A stretch of DNA of 64,000 nucleotides, taken from positions 32,001 through 96,000 of IMG/VR virus record IMGVR_UViG_3300017991_000064; one strand, given 5' to 3'. This DNA is from a virus. The notes beneath the pieces were generated by a model. The model saw only the letters and a list, made by a program, of their open reading frames with translations. It had not been told where the DNA came from and did no database searches. Position numbers and translations under genes: made by a program. This document shows positions 58,486-64,000 of this stretch, in pieces; the first letter of the stretch is position 1; the number at the start of each line of letters is the position of its first letter.

Positions 58486-59193
58486 CTACGCCGGCATCAC
58501 AAATGGCCGAAGTCTCTCTTTCAATTGGAGCTCCAACTCTTCTTTCTCTTTGTTACCATCATCTACCATCTCCGCACCATCAATCTCAATTTCTACAGCT
58601 CTACTCTTTCTGAGTATAGACCCCTCGGCAATCTTGGCCAGAGCAATTGAGTACTTTCTAATCCACTCTTCAGGAAATCCGGTGTATTCAAAATCGTCAT
58701 CAGTTTTGTCAAAGAAAAACTTATACTTAATGGTACAGTAGGGAGCTCCCCAGTTGGGACTCAGCATTAAGAGACTCTGTTGTCCCCCTGGAGCACCATG
58801 TTTCAAGAATCTCCATCCTTCGCTAGGTTGAAATAGATACTGAATCATTGACCAATGGGTTCTAATGGCAATGAGTTCTAGGAGTGAGACATTGTTAGCA
58901 TAAGGACCCCCATAACGACGTAGATACATATTCCATAGGTCATTCATATTCTGATCAAGTGCAGCATTGGTTTCGTTAGCGTAGACTTGCATCACGTCAT
59001 CCACATGGGCACCTATGGTCAGAATATTACCAGAGACGGTTAAGGTCTCATAAGTGTAAAAGTAGTAATGACTATTGAAATACTGTATTGCTTCTCTTAC
59101 CTTAGTAACCATTTTTGGATCCTGAGAGATAAGAGGTATTGGTTCAAACTCATCTTTTATAGCTTGAACGAAGTCAGCGATCTTTGATGCCAT
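58486..59193 (-). CDS. Neck protein (T4 gp13-like)
   Basis: WIRKYSIALAK...G....K...IDG..M...G..EKEELE..L. Confidence 0.75.
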   Translation of the reverse strand: MASKIADFVQAIKDEFEPIPLISQDPKMVTKVREAIQYFNSHYYFYTYETLTVSGNILTIGAHVDDVMQVYANETNAALDQNMNDLWNMYLRRYGGPYANNVSLLELIAIRTHWSMIQYLFQPSEGWRFLKHGAPGGQQSLLMLSPNWGAPYCTIKYKFFFDKTDDDFEYTGFPEEWIRKYSIALAKIAEGSILRKSRAVEIEIDGAEMVDDGNKEKEELELQLKERLRPFVMPA

Positions 59194-59239
59194 TGTCTCA
59201 CTCCTAGATTAAATATGCAAAAAGCTTTTCAACCACCGA

Positions 59240-59929
59240 TTACTTCATATCCTGGTAGTCAACGATGCGGGTAGCCAGGTCCATCTTGGTTCCATCTGTA
59301 TCAAGTTTGAACTTCTTACACATGGACTGAAGTTGAGCAAGCTTGTTTTCCTTCATGAGTTGATGAATTCTCTCTTCGCGATCTTCCTCTTCATCTTCAC
59401 CCTCTTCTGGGGCCTCTTCCTCTTCATCGTCACCTTCCTCATCTACCTCTTCGTCGTCATCCTCGGTTTCCTCATCTACCTCTTCATCGTCATCCTTTTC
59501 AACTTCAGGAACCTCTTCCTCCTCTTCAATCTCGTTATCTTCATCATCCAGTTTAAGGATTTCGACGAAGAGTCCCTGCTGAGAGTAGAATTTCACTGAG
59601 ATAGCATTGATGAGTTCTAGAACATCACCGGGGTTGAGATGATATTCATTGTGATCCTCAGTAATCACCAACATCTCGTACTTGTTCCTGTTAGTGAGTT
59701 TTAGATTCTTCTTCAGAGCGTATTCTGAACAAGCAAGCTTGTTTTTGTAAAGATTCTGAAAACCTTCAACATGACCTTCTGGAAGGGTGATGAGCTTCGA
59801 GCGTCTTGGGAGAAGCGTAAAGCTTAGGCCATTAAAATTCACATTCACTGAAACTTTTGTTACGTTTGTCACCTTCAGGTGTTTCTTATCCCTGAGTTTG
59901 AATTTGCTTATTGTATGTCTCTTTACCAT
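59240..59929 (-). CDS. Protein with acidic linker and C-terminal SAP-like DNA-binding motif
   Basis: KLAQLQSMCKKFKLDTDGTKMDLATRI. Confidence 0.65.
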   Translation of the reverse strand: MVKRHTISKFKLRDKKHLKVTNVTKVSVNVNFNGLSFTLLPRRSKLITLPEGHVEGFQNLYKNKLACSEYALKKNLKLTNRNKYEMLVITEDHNEYHLNPGDVLELINAISVKFYSQQGLFVEILKLDDEDNEIEEEEEVPEVEKDDDEEVDEETEDDDEEVDEEGDDEEEEAPEEGEDEEEDREERIHQLMKENKLAQLQSMCKKFKLDTDGTKMDLATRIVDYQDMK

Positions 59930-59961
59930 TGAGATTTGCCTCCTTGGAAAAACATTGAGTG

Positions 59962-59994
59962 AAAATAGGGCCCCATCAATGAAGACAGGGCCCC
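59962..59994 (-). terminator. Terminator after the major capsid gene
   Basis: GGGCCCTGTC-TTCATT-GATGGGGCCC followed by TATTTT. Confidence 0.7.
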
Positions 59995-60019
59995 ATGTAC
60001 AGTTAGACTATATTACCGA

Positions 60020-61468
60020 TCAGGAATCGATAATCTTCCCCTTCACGAAAGCATTCGACCTAACCATGTGCTGGCCAAAGGCGGTTCCCATACCCTTCCT
60101 TGCCTTGAAGAAATCTTTGTAATCGATTTCAGTGGTGTAGAAAGGAATGTACGGAGCATAGATGAAATTCGCTTCGAGATAGTTCTCACCCTTTGCACCC
60201 ATGACGAACTCATCATTCGGATAGTCCGGATTGAAGACGATCGTGTAATCCTGGTAAACACCAGAGATGTACGAACCAGTGGGCCTTTTGGAACCCTTCG
60301 GAATCTTGGATTCGAAGTCATCCAGCGAGCGAATGATTGTATGAGCTCTCTTACCAGCCATGATGTAGTTACCACCGGTCAGCCTGGTGTTCTTGGCAAT
60401 GGTATCACTCATATCATTGAGAGTATACTTGATATCCTCAAAGTGTTCGTGCTTGCTGATACCGGTGGGTACTTCTGTGTAGAAGTTCTTCAGTCCACCG
60501 GCTGCCTGCTTACGAACCTTATCCATGAGAAGAGTATCCAGAGCCCTACGTACAATACCAGCCTGGGACTGCATCAGAGTATTTTCAGCCGACTTACCGT
60601 GAGCTAGCTGAAGATCATAAGCAGCATCCAGCAACCAGCTTGCGCCGAGGTGGATAGTAATCGCCTGAACGATCTCGTCCCTGATGTCCAGCTTGACCTC
60701 CGGAGTCTTTTCCGGGTAGTTTTCCATATGGAATTCATAGTCAGCCAGGACCGGATTACCACCAGGAATAGCAGCACTGAAGGTAGCAGTCCAGATACCA
60801 GTGTCATAGGCAATAGTACCTGTACCATTACCAGTTAGAACACCAGCACCATTGTCAGTCAGGGTCAGTGTGTTACCACCAGCGTCTTCAGCAGTGATAA
60901 CGAGTGTTGAAGTAAATAGATCCGGAAATGCCAGCGTTCCACCATATCCAGTACCACCATCACCGGTATCGACCTGCTCATTATCAATGAGCTGTGTCGG
61001 ATAGGTGTAGTCTCCGTTGTAACCGCTTTCTGGGGTTGCCAGCTTATCACCAGCAGATACACCGCCCTTATCGGTCTCAGCCAGAATGTCCAGATAGAAG
61101 ATCTGAGCCTTCCTTCTTTCCATCGGCTGGACAGAGAATAGTTCTTCCGCCAGGAGGTTCGGGATAATAGCAGCAATCAGATCGAATGCCCAGTTTGCAA
61201 ACTTGATGTTTGCAGAGGTTGTGGCCTCAGCAATAGGGCTTCCCATCATTTTTCTGTACAGCTGCCTCTCCAAAGCGTACCTGAAGTTCTCCATACAGTA
61301 AGCCATTGTTGCAATGGTGTTATCCTCGAGATCCCTCCCGTGCTTGGAAAAAACTTCAGCAACCGGTTCGATATGGCGAGCGTATGCAGACTCAGCCAGA
61401 CGAACACCCTGGGTAATAACGCCCCGGGCTTCCTGGATTCTTGCCATGTCTCTCTTACTTTTAGGCAT
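60020..61468 (-). CDS. Major capsid protein (T4 gp23-like) with inserted beta domain
   Basis: PNLLA.ELFSVQPM....QIFYL, L.A.W..DA..DL...HG and G.KG......IYAPYIP. Confidence 0.95.
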   Translation of the reverse strand: MPKSKRDMARIQEARGVITQGVRLAESAYARHIEPVAEVFSKHGRDLEDNTIATMAYCMENFRYALERQLYRKMMGSPIAEATTSANIKFANWAFDLIAAIIPNLLAEELFSVQPMERRKAQIFYLDILAETDKGGVSAGDKLATPESGYNGDYTYPTQLIDNEQVDTGDGGTGYGGTLAFPDLFTSTLVITAEDAGGNTLTLTDNGAGVLTGNGTGTIAYDTGIWTATFSAAIPGGNPVLADYEFHMENYPEKTPEVKLDIRDEIVQAITIHLGASWLLDAAYDLQLAHGKSAENTLMQSQAGIVRRALDTLLMDKVRKQAAGGLKNFYTEVPTGISKHEHFEDIKYTLNDMSDTIAKNTRLTGGNYIMAGKRAHTIIRSLDDFESKIPKGSKRPTGSYISGVYQDYTIVFNPDYPNDEFVMGAKGENYLEANFIYAPYIPFYTTEIDYKDFFKARKGMGTAFGQHMVRSNAFVKGKIIDS

Positions 61469-61584
61469 GTTCTAACTCCTCCTTCTGTTGATTGTAGATT
61501 GTTTTTAGAGTTATCCAATGTTTCCAATGTAATTGAAAGTACCCCACCAGGTTACGTATCCAATTGTATATTTAATGCATATGC

Positions 61585-61962
61585 TTAAAGCCTTCTATAG
61601 CTCCTCCTTTCATTACTTTCTTCATTTTCTGTATCTTCAATTTCTTCATCATCGCCTTCCACCTCATCAGTATCCAGCTCCTCTACTCCTTCTGGAGTTT
61701 CAGGTTCTAAGAGAGAATCCTTGATGTCATCGAGTTTGTCTGAAATGATATCAATAAATTCTTTCTCCGTGGGATCAACTGTATCAGCTACCCCGGCTAC
61801 CCAATCTCTTAGGAGATCCAAGAAATCTGGTCCTGTGATCTGAAGACCCTTGAGATGCTCCACTGCAGCTTCTAGGTCCTCAGCCGAAGCATCCTCTAAA
61901 CCTACCTCTTCTGGTAACCCAAGAAGACCGTAGACTAATTCAGAAAGTTGTAGATTAACCAT
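61585..61962 (-). CDS. Acidic hypothetical protein (possible core component)
   Basis: Acidic composition and position upstream of the capsid gene. Confidence 0.5.
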   Translation of the reverse strand: MVNLQLSELVYGLLGLPEEVGLEDASAEDLEAAVEHLKGLQITGPDFLDLLRDWVAGVADTVDPTEKEFIDIISDKLDDIKDSLLEPETPEGVEELDTDEVEGDDEEIEDTENEESNERRSYRRL

Positions 61963-61975
61963 CTATCATTCCCCC

Positions 61976-63982
61976 TTAGGCTCTTTTATTCTTTATCAGT
62001 TTTCCAGCCAGTCTCCCAGATTCTCCTTCATCCCTTTCTGTAAGACTCTGTTGAAGATCACCAAGAACTCTAAACTCAGATACTGTGAAGTCCTTATCCG
62101 TTAAATCCTCAAAACCTCTGAGTTCATTGAGTTTCATTGTATGTCCTTTAGCACCCTTGTAGATTTGGAGATCCGTATTCTCTTTCACTCTTTTGCTTCT
62201 TCGTTTAAGATTCTGTTTGGTCTCCTTCAAGGTCTTCTTCCGTTTTTGTTCACGAAGCTTGAGTCTCTGTTCAAAATCTCCTAGCTTACGAAGTCTGGTT
62301 CTCATCTCCCCAATTGTTAGAGAACCCCCATTGATTCTTGCTACCTCTTTTTCCATAGCTGTGGCTCTGGAAGAATCTACTTTCACGATTCTCGTAGCTG
62401 TCTCAATGATTCTCTTTCTGTATGATCGTTTCTTTGACTCTTCCATCTTCTTTGATTTCTCCTTCTTGTCTTTGTCAGATTCTGGTTCTTTCTCTTTTTT
62501 CTGTTTCTTCTTAGGCGGAGGCTCTTCCTCAACTTCCTCATCCTTCTTCTTATCAGTGGCCTCATTAGCATTATTAGTAATATCAGCACGAGCCGTTTCT
62601 GGTTCAGCCTCAGGTGGTACCTTCAGGTCGGGTTCAACCGGTGTTGAAGGAATCTCAGAACCCTCTGGCGCTACAATCATTATCACCGTTTTATCATCAG
62701 CTGGCATTACAGATGATGCAGGAGCTAGCTGTGTTTGATAACCGGGGAGTTCTGTGGCAACAGCGGTAGGGAGAACCTCAACAGGTTTCAATTCGTTTTC
62801 ATCAACCTCATCATCTGGTACCGCTATAATTGCACAGGCATCGTTTTCCATCATTGCAGATGTAATGATCCTATACCCGTTCTTACGGAATGCTGATTCC
62901 AACATATCCTTGGATTCTGAGAATAATGATCTCTGTGATGTACTACCTAGTACTAGGTTCACATCTTTTTTAAGGAACCAGGTATTAAATAATACTAATC
63001 CCACCGCCCCATCAACATTATAAGTCTCATTCATTAAGAGGGTAACTACCGGCACCTTTTCCCCAGAGTCAAGCCTGGGCTGGATTGAAGGAATCTTTTT
63101 CTGCATCTCTTTAGCAATAGGAGGAAAACCAACCATAGCATAATCGTAAGATGATACTCTACCTGTAGACTCCTCTACGAGTTCAAGGAGGTCAGAGTAT
63201 TCTTTCTGCAGATAAGCATGTATCTGAGCCCCCAGAGATTTTACATCCGGGTCGGTTGTTATCTCATAGGTCCATTTCTCCCTGGCGTACTTAGTTGGTT
63301 TCAAACTGAACTTTGATGAAACATCTTTGAACATCTCATCCAATTTTAGAAGATATTGTTTTAGATCATCACCTGGTAGATCATCCTCATGAACTTTCTT
63401 CTTCGGGAGTTGATCATTGGTATAGGCAATGTCGGCTGATGTGGTGGCCTCGTCCGTATGGGTTTCCTCATCCTGCTCCTCAATACTATCACCAAAGAAA
63501 TTACCAACCTCTTTCTCATCATCCATACCGTAATCCTCAATCCAGTCAACTACGGTATCCTGCGTATCTTTCATCACCTTCTCTTCCTGTCTTTCAATTG
63601 CTTGTTCATCCTGAAAGACCATAGCATCAGGATACTCTGGAGACCAACCTGATCCTGTCCAGAACTCATCATTGTCCTTACGAACCAGGACAATTTCGCG
63701 GGCCTCCGGTATTTTCTTTTTATTCTCTAGGATCACGGTTCCAACCTCCCCCACTAATTCGTGGAACTTTAGAAGATAGCTCTCCTTCACCTCGAAGTCC
63801 TTTAGCATCTCTTTTATAGAGTTCCATACCTTATTTGAAATTCTAGTAGTTCCTCTTTCATCAACAGACTCCTCCATCATCTTCTTCACAAACTCACTGA
63901 CAGATTCGTCAATCTTCTTCTTTTGAGCATCAGTGGGAGTAATGTTCTGTTCCCTCAAAACTGAATTAACCATCGTTCCCAT
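61976..63982 (-). CDS. Prohead core/scaffold-like protein (may extend beyond the window)
   Basis: Charged low-complexity sequence with many [ILMV]-x-E-[SANT] sites and an EATTSADI motif shared with the capsid protein. Confidence 0.5.
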   Translation of the reverse strand: MGTMVNSVLREQNITPTDAQKKKIDESVSEFVKKMMEESVDERGTTRISNKVWNSIKEMLKDFEVKESYLLKFHELVGEVGTVILENKKKIPEAREIVLVRKDNDEFWTGSGWSPEYPDAMVFQDEQAIERQEEKVMKDTQDTVVDWIEDYGMDDEKEVGNFFGDSIEEQDEETHTDEATTSADIAYTNDQLPKKKVHEDDLPGDDLKQYLLKLDEMFKDVSSKFSLKPTKYAREKWTYEITTDPDVKSLGAQIHAYLQKEYSDLLELVEESTGRVSSYDYAMVGFPPIAKEMQKKIPSIQPRLDSGEKVPVVTLLMNETYNVDGAVGLVLFNTWFLKKDVNLVLGSTSQRSLFSESKDMLESAFRKNGYRIITSAMMENDACAIIAVPDDEVDENELKPVEVLPTAVATELPGYQTQLAPASSVMPADDKTVIMIVAPEGSEIPSTPVEPDLKVPPEAEPETARADITNNANEATDKKKDEEVEEEPPPKKKQKKEKEPESDKDKKEKSKKMEESKKRSYRKRIIETATRIVKVDSSRATAMEKEVARINGGSLTIGEMRTRLRKLGDFEQRLKLREQKRKKTLKETKQNLKRRSKRVKENTDLQIYKGAKGHTMKLNELRGFEDLTDKDFTVSEFRVLGDLQQSLTERDEGESGRLAGKLIKNKRA

Positions 63983-64000
63983 AAGAGAACTGGTTCGATC

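Noticed and set aside
1-64000. Stop-codon reassignment, introns or inteins
   Set aside because: Genes are full length in the standard code and use all three stops. Polymerase, helicases and terminase show no intein motifs or interruptions.

Overview
This 64 kb window is part of a large lytic myovirus genome with T4-superfamily structural genes, probably from a bacterial host. Evidence for a bacterial host is strong AGGAGG ribosome-binding sites, a sigma70-type factor and a GH108 endolysin. Two gene blocks converge near 22.9 kb. The + strand (1-22.9 kb) carries nucleotide metabolism and replication genes: the 3' end of a thymidylate-synthase-family gene, a DUF1874/AcrIII-1-like protein, an all-alpha dNTP pyrophosphatase, tRNA-Leu(TAG), a P-loop kinase, a UDG-fused family A DNA polymerase, an HU-like protein, primase, two helicases, Mre11/Rad50, a sigma factor, large terminase, ThyX and a pyrimidine-dimer glycosylase. 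The - strand (64 kb to 22.9 kb) carries morphogenesis and lysis genes: core/scaffold, gp23-like capsid, neck, tube, sheath, chaperone, tape measure, baseplate, fibre, two giant repeat proteins, and a lysis region containing a RuvC-like resolvase and a receiver domain. The most notable observations are: (1) two giant fibre-like proteins with Sec-type signal peptides and a strong S/T-x-E bias; (2) a stand-alone response regulator followed by a structured leader with a 27-codon ORF, upstream of the resolvase and endolysin; (3) four copies of a ~78 bp dispersed intergenic element; (4) a probable pyrimidine-modification cluster containing an AcrIII-1-like gene; (5) a CCC-UUU-CGA +1 frameshift in the tail chaperone. 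All family calls come from motif recognition by eye; no database searches were run.
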